Shown here: piece by piece, positions 50,801-63,968 of the stretch
Layout of the letters: every line of letters starts with the position of its first letter
Position numbering within the stretch: the first letter of the stretch is position 1
Made by a program: the position numbers and the translations under genes
From: Camelus dromedarius
Taxonomy: Eukaryota
Reading direction: 5' to 3'
Length of the DNA stretch: 64,000 nucleotides
NCBI RefSeq assembly: GCF_036321535.1
Contig: NC_087436.1
Span: 51,648,001-51,712,000 of the forward strand
Notes under the pieces: generated by a model
The model's database searches: none
What the model saw: only the letters and a program-made list of their open reading frames with translations
What the model was told of the DNA's origin: nothing

Positions 50801-53800
50801 AAGTCGATAGTCTAAATTTTTACCTTATGAAACTAAAAAAAGAAGAGCAAATTAAATCCAAAGTAAGCAGAAGAAAGAAATAATAAAAATTAGAGCAGAA
50901 ATCAATGAAATTGAAAATAAAGAATCATTAGAGAAAATCAACTAAGCCAAACCTGGTTATTTGAAAAAGATCAATAAAATTGATCAGCCCCAGTCAAGCT
51001 AACTAAGGGGAAAAAAAGAGAAGCCACAAAATACTACTATCAAAAATGAAAGAGGGGATGAGATCCCCTCTACAGATCCTGTGAATATTAAAAAGACAAT
51101 AGAGAAATATTATGAACAACTCTATCTCCACAAGTTTGATACACAAGTTGAAATGGACCAATTCCTTGAAAGACACAATTTGCCAAAACTCATACAAGAA
51201 GAAACAGACCATTTGAATAGGCTCATATCTGTTAAAGAAACTGAACTAAGAATTATTAGCCTCCAAAAAAAGATAGCACCAGGCCTAGTTGGGTTCACTG
51301 GAGAATTCTACCGAACATTTAAGGAAGAAATTACACCAGTACTCTATAATCTCTTTCGGGCCATAGAAGAGAGGGAATACTTCCTAAATCTTTCTATGAG
51401 ATCAGCATTACTCTTATACCCAAATCAGACAAAAATACAACAGGAAGAGAAAACTGTATACCAATATCTCCCAGGAATATAAGTGCAAAAATCCTCAAAA
51501 ATATTAGCAAATCAAATCTAGCAATTATAAAAAGAATTACACACCATGACCAAGAGAAATTCATCCCAGGTATACAAGGCTGGTTCAACATTCTAAAATC
51601 AGTTAATGTATCCATAACATCAACAAACTAAAAAAGAAAATTCACATGATTATATCAATAGTTGCAGAAAAAGCACTTGACAAAATCCAACATCCATTCA
51701 CAATAAAAACTCTCAGCAAACTAGGAATAGAGGGGCACCTCTTCAAAATGATAAACAACATCTACAAAAAGCCCAGAGCGAACAGCTAACATTAATACTT
51801 ACTGGTGAGAAACTCAAAGTTTTCCCACTAAGATCAGGAAGAAGGAAAGGATGTTCCCTCTCACCACTCCTTTTAAACATCATACTGGAAGTTCCAGTTA
51901 ATGCAAAGAGGCTAAAAAAAAAAAAAAAAAAAAAGGAAAACAAAAATTATACAAAGGGAAGACTGGTAAGGAAGTAATAAAACTGTCTTTTTTCACAGAA
52001 GACATGATCGTCTATATAGAAAATCCAAAATAAAAACTACTAAAACTAAGTAATTATAGCAAGGTTGCAGGATACAAAGTTAATATAGGAAAGCCAATTG
52101 ATTTCCTAGTTACCACAATTAACATAGAATTTGAAATTAAAAACAGAATCATTTATATAAGCACCGCCCAAAATAAATACTTAGGTAAAAATATAACAAA
52201 ATATGTGTAGGATCTATACATGGGAAACTAAAATCTCAGAGGAAAGAAATCAAAGAAGTAAATAAATGGAGAGATATTCCATATCCATGGATAGGAAGAC
52301 TCAATATTGTCAAGATGTCAGTTCTTCCCAACTTATTTATAGATTCAATGCAATCCCAATCAAAATCCCATCAAGGTGGTTTATGGATATTAAAGAAAAC
52401 TAATTACAAAGTTTATGTGGAGAGGGACAAGATCCAGAATAGCCAATACAATATTAAAGAAGAAGAACAAAGTCAGAGGACTGATATTACCCAACTTTAA
52501 GGCTTATTATAAAACAACAACATTCAAGACAGTGTGGTACTGGCAAAAGAATAGACAAATAGATCAACAGAAAGAATAGAGAATTCAGAACTACAGTTAA
52601 CTGATCTTTGACAAAGGAGCAAAGGCAATATAGTAGAGCAAAGATTGTCTTTTCAATAAATGGTGCTGGAACAACTAGACATCCGCACATTAAAAAAAAA
52701 AATCTCAACACAGGCCTTACACTCTTCACAAAAATTAACTCAAAATGTAAAATTCCTAAAAGGTAACACAGATGAAAATCTAGGTAACCTTGGTTATGGT
52801 GATGACTTTTTAAAGTACAACATCAAAGGCACAATCCATGAAAGAAATAATTGATAATCCAGACTTCATTAAAATTAAAAATGCTTTCCAAAATACAAGG
52901 TCAATAGAATGAGAAGACAAGACATAGGCTAGGAGAAAATATTTGCAAAAGACATTTGATAAAGGACTATTATTCAAAATATAAAAAAAACCTCAAACTC
53001 AACAATAAGAAAATGAATAAACCAATTTAAAAAATGAACTAAAAACCTGGACGACACTTTACCAAAGAAGACATACAGACGGAAAATAAGCATATGAAAA
53101 GATGCTTCACATCCTGTGTCATCAGGAAAATGCAAGTTAAAACAATGAGATACTACTACATACCTATTAGAATAGCCAAAATTTAAAAAACTGACATCAC
53201 TAAATGCTGGTGAGCATGTGGAGTGACAGAAACTCATTTATTACTGGTGGGAATGCAAAATAGTAAGACACTGTGGAAGACATTTTGGTAGTTTCTTACA
53301 AAACTTAACATGCTCTTACCATATGATCCAGTAATCATGGTCCTTGATATTTACTCAAATGAGCTGAAAGCTATGTCAACACAAAAATCTGCACAAGAAA
53401 TATTTATAGCAGTTCTATTCTTTACTGCCAAAACTTGGACACAACCAAGACTTCCTTCAGTAGGTGAATGGATTAATTAACTGTGATATATGCAGACAAT
53501 GGAATATTTTTCAGTGCCAAGAAGAAATGAGCTATCAATCCATGAAAAGACATGGAGGAACCTGAAAAGCATACTGATAAGTGAAAAAAAGCCAATCTGA
53601 AAAGTCCACATACTGTATGATTCCAACTATATGACATTCTGGAAAAAGCAACATTATGGAGGCAGTAAAAAGATCAGTGGTTGCCAGTGGTCAGGGAGGA
53701 GAATAGGATGAATGGTTGCAACAGAGAATTTTTAAGGCAGTGATACTACTCTATGTGATATTGTAATGCTGGATACATATCGTTATGTATTTATCCAAAC

Positions 53801-54040
53801 CCATAGAACATACAAACACCAAGAATAAACCCTAAAATAAACTATGGACTTCAGGTTATTATGATGTGTCAAAGTAGGTTTATCAACTGTAATAAATATA
53901 CCAATGTGGTGAGGAATGGCAATAGTGGGGATGCTATGTGGTGTATGGATAGGAGATATAAGGGAAATCTCTGTACCTTTCACATAATTTTGCTGTGAAC
54001 CTAAAACTGCCCTTAAAAAAAAAGTCTATCTAAGAAAAAA
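47890..54040 (+). mobile_element. Near-full-length decayed L1MC-type LINE-1 (5' UTR, ORF1, ORF2 with partial endonuclease deletions, 3' UTR, A tail)
   Basis: Collinear L1 parts; ORF fragments [52 protein letters not shown]; 3' end ttttgctgtgaacctaaaactgcccttaaaaaaaaagtctat. Many stops and frameshifts. Confidence 0.93.
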
Positions 54041-57000
54041 TTATTAGATGGGACAATTTATTGAAATGAATATGCATAATTGGTACATTTCCTTAAATAT
54101 GTGTTTTAAGTCAATAAGAATCTTAAATATCAGGTTAAAAATCTGTAAGTAAACAGGAGATTGGATTTGAAGAAAGAAGTTATAATTTAAAACAGAGAGA
54201 CAAAGCAACAGTAAATGTGAAGGAGAGTTTAGGTGATGTGGGGAAAGTGTAGAAAATGATGTAATAAATCTGTCTAGGGTTCTGGAAAGTGGTAATGCAG
54301 AAACTTGGGAAATGGTAACATTATGTCTGATGATTTCCCGTAATTTACTGAATAATAAGCTTTTACATTTAAAAAGCTCACCATATCCCTATCAAAATAA
54401 TTTTAAAAACACCTTCACCTAAACATAATTCAGCACTAATGCAGAACACAAATGACAAAAAAAGGTTTTATAAGCAACCAAAGAGAAAAGAAAGATTACC
54501 TAGAACAAAATCGCAATTAAGTGACAGCTGATTTCTTAACTTCTTGAAAACCAGAAAACAATGCAAAAATTTCTTTAAAGTGCTGAGAAAAATAACTGTT
54601 AAACCTAGCATTCTATATGCAACAAAAGACATATATAAACAATACAAAATCTGAGTGTTGACCAACAAAAGCTTTTCTTAAGTAACTTCTAAAAGATATA
54701 CTTCACAAAGAAGGAACATGATCCCAGAACACAGGTTTGTAATTCAAGAGGTAATGATGAATTAAGAAAAGTATGGATGTGGTTAAATGTAATGGAGGGT
54801 TCCTAGTATAAAGCTATACACACACACACATACGTACATATATAGAGATAGACAGATATATAGATAGAGATATGTAAAATGTGTGGTATTTAAACAAAGA
54901 TTGAATTATTACAACCTAAAGGTTATAAATCTGGGTAAGTTGTGTGTAGTTAAAGCACTCTAAAGAAAAAGGGTAAACATACTAATTAAATTCAGATTTC
55001 ACAAAGTTAAATTTGAGCATCATAATTTCTATAATCTATAAAAAATATTTAAGATACTGTGTAACTTCCAAACAAATAGAAAGAAAAAAATGTAATAATG
55101 GGGGAAAATATCAGTTAATGTAAAATAAGTTTTGAAAGAAAAAAGTGGGGAAAATAGAGCACATAATAAAAATAGAAAATCTCAAATGAGATGACAGAAA
55201 TAAGTCCAAACATATAAGAGATCACAATCAAATGTGAATGGCCTGAATATTTCAGGTAAGGAACTAAGGTTTTCAGACATTCATATCAACTATAAATATA
55301 GAAGACATATGAAAACAAATCCTGGGGGAAATTAATGAGAGAGAAAACAAATATAAAAGACAAAATAAAATTAAAAATTACAAAATCAAATGTCAAAAGT
55401 TATTACGGAGGGACACATTAAAGTTGCTAAAAACAAAATTTGGTGAGTAAATTGAGGATATAATTGCAAATGAGTAGATTTTTTTAAAATGCTTTAAGGC
55501 AATTGATTTGAAAACTAATATTATATGGACAGACGCCCAGAAAAACTAAAAACAAAGTAGAAATCTGAGTAATACTATAACATTTAAAGGTATTAAATCA
55601 GTATCTTAAAATATTTCCACAAAGGAAACAGCAGGTCCAAAATGAATTTTGCAAATGTATTTTACCATATACTCAAGAAAGAAATAATTCTGATTTTACA
55701 CAAATTATTCTTGGGATCCAAAAGAGGGAAAATACCCCATTTATTTGGTTAGGCTAATATAACCATGATTAAAAAGCTAGAGGATGGTATAAGGAAGAAA
55801 AAAATATAAACCAATAATGCAAACAAGATAAAACGAAACAAACTCAGTCATATATCTATATATATAATATACACTATGTCATGACCAAATTAAGTTGTTT
55901 CCAGGAATGAAAGGTTAGCTTAACCTTAGGGAAAAAAGTCTATTAATATATTTTACCACATTAACAAATCAAAGGAGATAAACTATATTATCATCTCAAT
56001 AGATGCAAGAAAAGCATTTAACAAAATTCATCAACCATGTAGGGAGCCTTGAACAGAAGGGGACTTCTTTAATCTGACACAAATACAAAAACAAAAAACC
56101 TAAAGCAAACATCAATAAGAAAGAAATCCACTATCTTACCGCTGTTTAATGTTGTGCAAGAGGGCCCTTTGAGAGCAATAAAGGAGATAAAATAAAAAGA
56201 AATAAACATTATGAACACTGGAAAGGAGTAAAAAAAAAATCCAATCATTATCCCAGATGATATGATTTTGACCTAGAAAACTAAGAACATTATACAGATA
56301 AATTATTAAAATTAATCATGATTTTAACCTGGTTGTTGAATAAAAAAATCCATTATACACAACTCAATTGCATTTAGGAGATACAAACATGTAGAGAATG
56401 CAGTTTTTTTAAAAATACCTGCAAAATAGTGACAAAATTAAAAGTAACCAAGAATAATTATTTTTAAAATGTGCAAGACCTTAATGAAGTAAATTATAAA
56501 ACTTTACTAAGAAGTATTAAATAAAATACACATATGGACAAAAAAAAAGATTCTGCTGGATAATGAAACAATATCAGAAAACTATCCAACGTTTTCAAAT
56601 TTACCTATAGATCCAATATGAATCTGGCTTTTCAAGAACTTGACAAGCTGACTATAAATGCATATGATAAACAAAGGAAGAAATATAGCTAAAACTTTCT
56701 GTAATACGAAGAGGGTAAGACTTTCCCCACCAGATAGCAAGACATACTAAAGAACTACAGGAATTTAGACAGTGTGATATTGGCACAGGTATAAACAATG
56801 TTATATGGAAACAAGACAGCATTATATATCAGTGGAGAATGGATAAATTGTGCTGAAGCAATTGTGGTATTCACATGAAAAAGTAAGTAAATCCGAGCAC
56901 TATTTCACACACAACATGAAATCAATTCCCTGTTATTAATAGGCTTAAATGCATACATAATAGATTATCTTGTTAATCTTGGGACAGGAAAGATGTTTCT

Positions 57001-58560
57001 AAGCAATATACAAAGAACATGTTTATGATTTTGGAAGAAACTAGATTTAAACAAGACATAAAATATGCAGACTCTAACGGAAAGGAATGGTAAATTCAAC
57101 CGTATTAAATTAAAGGCTTTGCTTGTTAGTTCTGACTCAGCTGTTGTAATAATCAGTGTAACAAATCATGTCAAATCAAATGTCTTATAATCATAAGCAT
57201 GCTTTCTCTTGTGCATGGGTCTGCTGGTAGGCTACATATCAGCTGGGCTTGGTTCCAGGCTCGGGGTTGGGCTGCAGTTGCTCCACATGTCTTCCTTGGA
57301 CCATTGGCTAAACCAGCGCATGTTCTTCTTATCGAAAATGGCAGGAATATAGATGGTAAGCCAAATAGCACAAGCACGTTTAATGCCTCTGCTTGCGTCA
57401 CATCTGCTCATAACTCACTGGCCAAAGCAAGATACTTGGTTGAGCCCAACACTCAGGCTATCATACTCCCATGACTCTGGAGGTGGGGAGCCGTGGCTAC
57501 ATGGCAAAGGCTGGAAACCTATCACCCTATTACAGGAGCGTGAACAACTTGGCACCAATATCCCCACCAACCACAGATAAGCCATATCAAAAGCAAGTCA
57601 AAATTCAGGTGACGGTATCTACCACACATATAACTGGCAATGCATGAGTCTCCCAAATATAAACACATACCATACAGATCAATTACAAGACGAATGATAG
57701 GGTTGAAAGCGGGCAAAAGGTAGGAAGAGGCTTTTACAGGAAAAAAAAAAAGTGTGAACGTGCAATTAAAAAGAAATGCTTACACGGCAAACTGACTATA
57801 CTTCAATAAAAAAAGAAAAATAAATGCTCAAATTAATCCCAGAGAAATCAAATTAAGACAGCATGTCACACTTTCATATTTGTAAAACTTAAAAATGCCT
57901 CACAATATCAAGGGTTGATAAGAATACAGAGCAACTGAAACTTTTAGACACTACTGGTGGGAATACAAACGAGTATATTCACTTTGGAAAGCAGCTGACA
58001 TTATCGTGTAACCACAAACATAGTTAAATTCTTTGACCCAGTAATTCTACTCCAAAAACTCTTGCCCATGTACTCCAAAAGACATGTACATTGCAGCACC
58101 TTTGTGAAAACAAACAGCCAGAAACAACTCAAATGTCCATCGAATGGTGAATAAATAAGAAATGGTAAGCCAAACAATAAAAAATTTATAGCAAAGATAA
58201 GAAATAAACTAAATCTCTCTATACCCACCTGGAATAATACCAAAAATATAATGTTGATTTTTAATAAAAAGCAAGTCTCAGAAAATATAGAGGGCAGATA
58301 ACTATTATTTGAAGTTCAAATAAAAGTAAAACCAAATAATATTGTTGCTTAGGGGTTATTAATATATTGTAAATGTATAAAGAAAAGCAATAGAATGATA
58401 AACACAAAATTCAGTAAGAGGTACACAGAGGTCTTGAACAGCTCTTCTTGTTTTATTTTTAAATGTATCATGAGTACATGGGGACTTGTTTTACTAGGCT
58501 TTATGAAAATATATATATTCACTCTTTATAAAACTTTGTATATATATCAACTCTTTTATA
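54040..58560 (+). mobile_element. Old L1ME-type element (ORF1 remainder, fragmented ORF2, 3' UTR), interrupted by an LTR
   Basis: aaaccagaaaacaatg...aaagtgctgagaaaaataactgttaaacctagcattctatat (ORF1); tcatctcaatagatgcaagaaaagcattt (RT); acaactcaaatgtccatc (3' region). Confidence 0.75.
57123..57575 (-). mobile_element. MLT1-type MaLR LTR inserted in the old L1
   Basis: tgttagttctgactcagctgttgtaataatc...tgcatgggtctgctgg...gcctctgcttgcgtcacatctgctcataactcactggccaaagcaag. Confidence 0.75.
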
Positions 58561-60159
58561 ACTGAATGAAGTCAAAGCTTCTATTATCAAAATTATTAGC
58601 AAAATTTTGTTTTTCTTCTTGAGTTTCTACAATCTTTTTGCAAACTGGTATTTAGCCATCTGCATATCCCAAACTTTAATCACTGTGGTTTCTGTAACTT
58701 TTCAGTGTTTCCCATCTAGACATTCTCACTACAATATTGTTCTCCACTGTTTTTGAATTAGAATGAGAAGCACTAAGCATGTGTTCAACTAGTGAGGAAT
58801 GCTGACAACTGTAGCTTATTCAATTTAGTGCTTAAATTTAGAAATGTATCAAGATCTCTCGGAAAGAGAGAAATCAAGGTAATATTTAAAAAACAGCAAC
58901 AACAGTTGTTAAACATTTTCTCTATGCCAGCCAGTGTGATCAGTAATTTACCCTGAAATAACTTGGAAAATGCCCACAACTGCCCCCTGGGCTAGGTTCT
59001 ATTAGCAGGCTCACTTTACAGGATTTGAGGCACAGAGTTGTTATGTAATTTGTTAATTTCCCAATGTCACACAGCTGTTAAGTGAAGATGACATTGCTTC
59101 ACACTCCTACTCATATCCACCATGCCATACGGAACTGAATGTTAAGACAGAATCACAGAGCAATCAACTCAACTGTCAATGCACAAAACATGAAGTGGAT
59201 TGTCATTTGTAAAATATAAATACCAATATTTTAAAAATCTGTGAATTAACTGAATAAATTATGCACAGGATGGTACCATTGGTACTTTGCTGTGTATCCC
59301 TGTGTCCATATATCTTCTCTCATTCCTCCGACTCTTCATTTTTGTGCCTCACTTCCTTTTGGCCATTTTATTTCCCCTCCTGGGGTATCTGTCCTTATTT
59401 CTACTCCCAAACTGTCTCTTTTGCAAATCTGCCATGAAAAGAAGTTTAAATTGCTTCCTCTATTGAAATGAGAGATAAATTGTAACAAAAGAGAGAGGAC
59501 CCTAAGTAGTCAGAATTACTTTAGTTTGAAGTAACACTCTCTAAATAACTGGCTTATTTTAGTTATTCAGTTTATCTAGTATGGTGACTCTTTTCACCTT
59601 CAGACTCTAGAAATTTGAAATTCCAGTTCAGTGTGTCTCAAACCCAGGGCTCTGGGTTATGCCCTGATTTCAGAGGACCATTTTTTGAGTTCCTTAGATC
59701 TGGTGCAACCCTTGATCCATTTACTAGGAGAATGCATCAAGTCCTAGGACATGTGTAAGGCTGGCAGGCCAAATGAAACTACGTAACAACTCACTTCACA
59801 TTCTCACGCCGAGTATGTTTTTCCCACTAAAACCATGATTTCAGCCTTTTCCCCACGGAACCCTGAACCAGCACTTGCCCTGACTTTGATCACCACCTGC
59901 AGGATTTCCACACACACCAGAGATCACCTTGTGGTCACCTCATGGAGAGTTAAAGAAAGCTGTGAATCTGAGATCAACAAGCCTCATACATTCAGCAGAA
60001 GTCTTTAGGAGGGGACATAAGGCATACCTGGCCTCAAGTCATTCATGCACAACATAGCCTAGCATGTGATCAGGTTCACAGGTCCATGGTTAAGCCTAAA
60101 ATCATCAATCAATAGTCTACTGATAAACAATTTCCCTCTCCCATGCCTACCCACTAAAT

Positions 60160-60377
60160 CAGTGCATCTCAGTGGGAGGTGATTTTGCGCCCCCCCCCCC
60201 ACCTGCCTGAGGACACAACATGGTTGTCACAAGGTGGGAGGCAGGTTGCTATTGGCATCTATTGAGTAGAGGCCAGGGGTACTGGTAAATACCCTACAAT
60301 GCACAGGACAGTGCCTACAATAAAGAATGAATGATCTGGCCCAAGATGTCATTAAGTGCCAGGTTTGAGAAACCCTG
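60160..60377 (+). mobile_element. MER20 (hAT-Charlie)
   Basis: cagtg...gtgattttgcgcccc...tggttgtcacaa...ggcatctattgagtagaggccaggg...cctacaatgcacaggacag...tgagaaaccctg. Confidence 0.9.
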
Positions 60378-60409
60378 AACTGTATTGTTTATTGAGTTTC
60401 AAGGAAACT

Positions 60410-60970
60410 TCCATCTGTCAGCCTACACAGTATCCACTCACCCCTTCTTCCTGCCAAAAGAATCCTCACTTCCTTAAATATCAGACCATCTTCAGTGGGT
60501 TCTGGGCCCTTTAATTAGTCTAAGCTAATTATACCCATATATTCTTTTCCTTGCTTTAGTTTAGGACTAGAGGAAAAGTGCAATTCTGTCAAGTGAGATA
60601 TGACAGTATAAATGCTGAAAGGCTTCAGAGGAAACCTCCTTTTCTATTAAAAAAAAAAAGAAAAAAAAGGCTGCACTGTCTTCTCTTCTGGCCTGTGAAT
60701 ATTGTGCAGAATGTCTTACCTGAGCTCGTACAACTGCCTTGCAACCATGAAGGAAGCAGATGACAGGCTAAAAATGCCAGAGCTGAAAAATGGAAAAAAC
60801 AAAACAAAACAAAACAACCCTGGATCTCTGATATTGCCATTAAGCTGCTGACTTAATCAGCATTAAAAATGCCATACTTCAAATCTTCCATGTCATAATA
60901 GATTCTCCTTATATCTTCCTAATTGTTACATGTATTTCCTGTTATTTGCAGCTGAAATCATGCTGATGCA
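60410..60970 (+). mobile_element. LTR33/MLT1-like old LTR
   Basis: ccactcaccccttcttcctg...caactgccttgcaaccatga...cctggatctctgat...ttcctgttatttgcagctgaaa. Confidence 0.6.
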
Positions 60971-61711
60971 TGCCTATGGGCCATTCTGCCTCTCAAGGAA
61001 ACAAAGTTGGAATACTAACTATTATTAGTTTTCTTGGTATTGTAGAACTCAAATGAAATATGTGATCGAGAGGCAGCTATGGACTGAAGCTTAACTGGGA
61101 TCCCAAGAATCACCATAGCATGTCCCACTAAGAACCTAGGAAACCCTGTTCTTCCCTGGAATGCATGGGATGCCTTCGCAACACTGGAGTTGTCTATGCT
61201 GGCCGATCTCTTTTCAGAGGCCCAGCTCAATGAATAGTATGGGGACCAAATAAATAGAACCCTGGAGCAAATGGTAAAATTTCATAGAAATCAGGCCAGG
61301 AATTTTCCTGAGCCTTTTGTTCCAACCTCCCATCTCTGTCATCACATTTTAAACTTCATTCACGCTGAGCATCAGCTCGTGTCTAAGAATGAAGGTGAGA
61401 CTATGCTACATATGTCCCTCCAACGGGATTTGCCATTTGATTACCTAACCATCATCTCTTCTCCACGCCATTCAGCACAGCCGTAAGACCTCCAAAAGCT
61501 CTGTGATCGTCTCACTCCAGGGTCAGTATCAAATCACACACAAATGTTTTACTGTATTTTGAAGTAGCAGAAATCCTAGCAAATGCAAGTCTTCAATCCT
61601 AAATGCATTAAGTCAATTTCATTTTGATGTATTAAGCAAATGTCTTTATAAAGTAGATACAGAAGCACTATTAAAATCAATTACAACCAGTTACTAGGAA
61701 AATAATCATTC

Positions 61712-62435
61712 CTTTGGTTTTAGACAAAAACTTTATTCAAAAGAAAAGCCAAAGGAAGCTAGATCTCTAGATTCCCAGAGAAGAGGAATTTGGTTACCAC
61801 TGCCATCTTTACAAATACTGTGCTCTACTGTCTCAGACATAATTTTAATTAATTTGTAACCTATGAATTATAGAACAGATTCCTAGCATTATTATCTGCA
61901 TGACCTAATAAACATCAATATTTCCACGTTTCAGATCTTCAGGGAAGATCATAACAGAGTTATCACTGAGTCTGGCTGTCTGAGCCCATCTTCTTAATCC
62001 CAGTTTACTGATACATCTAGGATCTGATTAAAGGTCCCAGAGGGAAAAACAAAAGTTGGGAAATATAACAGCAATGGATTAATTTCCAAAGATATTAAGG
62101 CTGATAACTCTTCTTCTCACTAATTAATAACATCAGCATTTTCCTTCTGTTTCTAAGGGTGAGGGTCCTGGAAAAATTCCACAATAATCTGACCCTTCTT
62201 TAAAGAGAAACCATTAACCAAGAAAGCATTTCCACTTTGCTGAACAATTAAATCCATCACACTGCAACTGACATTCTCAAACATGCTGGAAGAAGCTGCT
62301 CAGTAGAATTTCATTCAGTGAACCCTTGGCACGCATCTCCTGAGCCTGTCCTTTGAAAGGCAGAATAGAAATACCTGTAGTGCTAATGGGTCGACTGCAG
62401 CAGTCACTTCAAGGAAGGGGCAGAGTGACACTGCA
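61712..62435 (-). other. Putative 3' UTR of the minus-strand gene
   Basis: About 720 nt with no recognisable repeat between the TAA at 62436-62438 and the AATAAA at 61732-61737; the cleavage site is estimated. Confidence 0.4.
61732..61737 (-). terminator. Polyadenylation signal AATAAA
   Basis: Plus-strand tttatt; the minus strand reads TTTTGAATAAAGTTTTTGTC. It lies downstream of the predicted stop codon. Confidence 0.45.
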
Positions 62436-62466
62436 TTACTTGAAAAGGTTTTCAGCTACAGCATCT
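62436..62466 (-). CDS. Probable coding part of the terminal exon of the same gene (...RDAVAENLFK*)
   Basis: Minus-strand acceptor cttcttattcattcttgtaaatccctag|AGATGCTG. A phase-2 join to the 63860 donor gives AG|A GAT GCT GTA GCT GAA AAC CTT TTC AAG TAA. Predicted intron 62467-63859. Confidence 0.45.
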
Positions 62467-63384
62467 CTAGGGATTTACAAGAATGAATAAGAAGCTATCA
62501 TTATTGCAAACTCAGATTTTGTAAGTATCTGTGCTGGCCACTTGCCCACGTACCATGAGTAGTGTAGTTAGAGCACTGTGGTAATGGATATTCCTATTTT
62601 TACCATGTCGAATTCACGTTTTCAGAACATCACACATGCATGCAAACACACTGATAAGAATATAACCACTGTATCTAGAAGCAAACATTCATATCACATA
62701 CATTTTTATTAAAGGTCATTAAATTTGTTCCAAATAGTTTCAGCCCCAAACATTTGGATGAGCAAGCACAGGTAAATTTTAGTCTTAGTTTAGTGAGAAA
62801 GTCAACCTTTAAGAATATTGAGACATTATTCATCATTGATGCTGGGATCCAGGCGGACAGGCAGAAGGTTGTTCAATTGTTTATGTTTTTATTATGTTAT
62901 GTCTCCAAGTGGACAGAAACTTGGAAGGAAAATAGACACTTGAGAGAGAGATTGTAGCCTTTATTTCTTCACTCTGAACATAAGTAGTAGCTCAATAAAT
63001 ATTCTCATTTGTACATGGAGACTGACTGATTGATCCAGTTGCAAATGTTTTATGGAATTTGGAGACAAACTAGAAAAACTTGTATAGCATTTTTAAAGTC
63101 TAAAATGGTCAAGTGATGTTTTAAAGATAAAACTGTTAATAGAATTTGGGTGTCTTTTAGCATTTTTAAGAAGGATATAATTTTCAGTGCTGGCTGGGCA
63201 TGCTCCCCTTTCCAGATGAATGTTCACACTCAGAACCCATAGCTTCACATTTAGACATTGAGACATGAGTGTAATTGGTAAAGTAAGGACTATTTATTAC
63301 AAGTCTTTGTCAGGAAACAAGGCTAAATATGTATTTAAAGCAGGCTCACTTTGGAGAGTTCAGAGAACCCGGAAGCCAGGCAGT

Positions 63385-63632
63385 CTCTGGAGAATCACAG
63401 CAGAGGGGAGAACAGGAGCACAGGCCCCAAGCAGGATGGGGAAAGAGGTGTGCTCGCATTCCTAAGGAAGGGCAAGAAGGCCTGTGTGGCTGGAACAAAG
63501 GAGGAAGGGGGAAAGCTGTAGGAGGGCTTCAGAGGCTGTGATCAAAGCATGCATTTTATCCTGGGTGAATGGAAAGTTATCAGAGGATTCTGAAGAGAAG
63601 AGTGAGGAGATCCAACTTAAATTTTTAAAAAA
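63385..63632 (-). mobile_element. L2 fragment in the last predicted intron
   Basis: cagcagaggggagaacaggagcacaggccc...gaaggcctgtgtggctggaaca...cattttatcctg...aatggaaag...atccaacttaaatttttaaaa. Confidence 0.7.
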
Positions 63633-63859
63633 CGTATCAAATGTTCAAAATGATCATCAGTTATTAATTACCTGAATTAAATGATTATAACTTTTCCTCT
63701 TACTCAAGCCACTTACTTACACAATAAAAATTAAATTTTGATAGTTGGAGAATTATCTAAATTTGAATAAAGAGAGGATTTTCAGTGACACAAAACACAC
63801 TCTGTAGAAGCCCGGCTATGGAAGACCGGACCTTAAGGCTCCCCTGGTTTGCGGCTTAC

Positions 63860-63968
63860 CTGGTTTGATGAGCTCTTGATGTATGGGGAGTTTCCCATGA
63901 TGCATTTGGAAGCTTTAAAATGTAAGTAAATTCGGCTTTTGCTTTTTTATGTTTATCTGCACAGATAC
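63860..63968 (-). CDS. Internal (probably penultimate) coding exon of an unidentified protein-coding gene that continues beyond the window end
   Basis: Minus strand: acceptor ttttatattctcatgttaag|GTATCTG and donor CCAG|GTAAGC. 109 nt, only one of three frames open: (x)ICADKHKKAKAEFTYILKLPNASWETPHTSRAHQT, ending on a split codon AG (phase 1 in, phase 2 out). Non-repetitive sequence. Confidence 0.6.

Noticed and set aside
50701..52854. ORFs with clear protein-like sequence
   Set aside because: They are frameshifted fragments of L1 ORF2 in a dead element, not host genes.
63860..63912. Shorter 53-nt exon reading ...SSSNQRCCS* (Rab-like CC ending)
   Set aside because: It needs the internal acceptor ttttaaag at 63913-63914 and no GTPase similarity is visible; the 109-nt exon has a single open frame in a different register.
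63921..63965. Plus-strand GTAAGT donor followed by a strong-looking acceptor (ttttttatgtttatctgcacag)
   Set aside because: The implied intron would be only about 43 nt; the T-tract is better explained as the antisense of the Lys-rich minus-strand exon.
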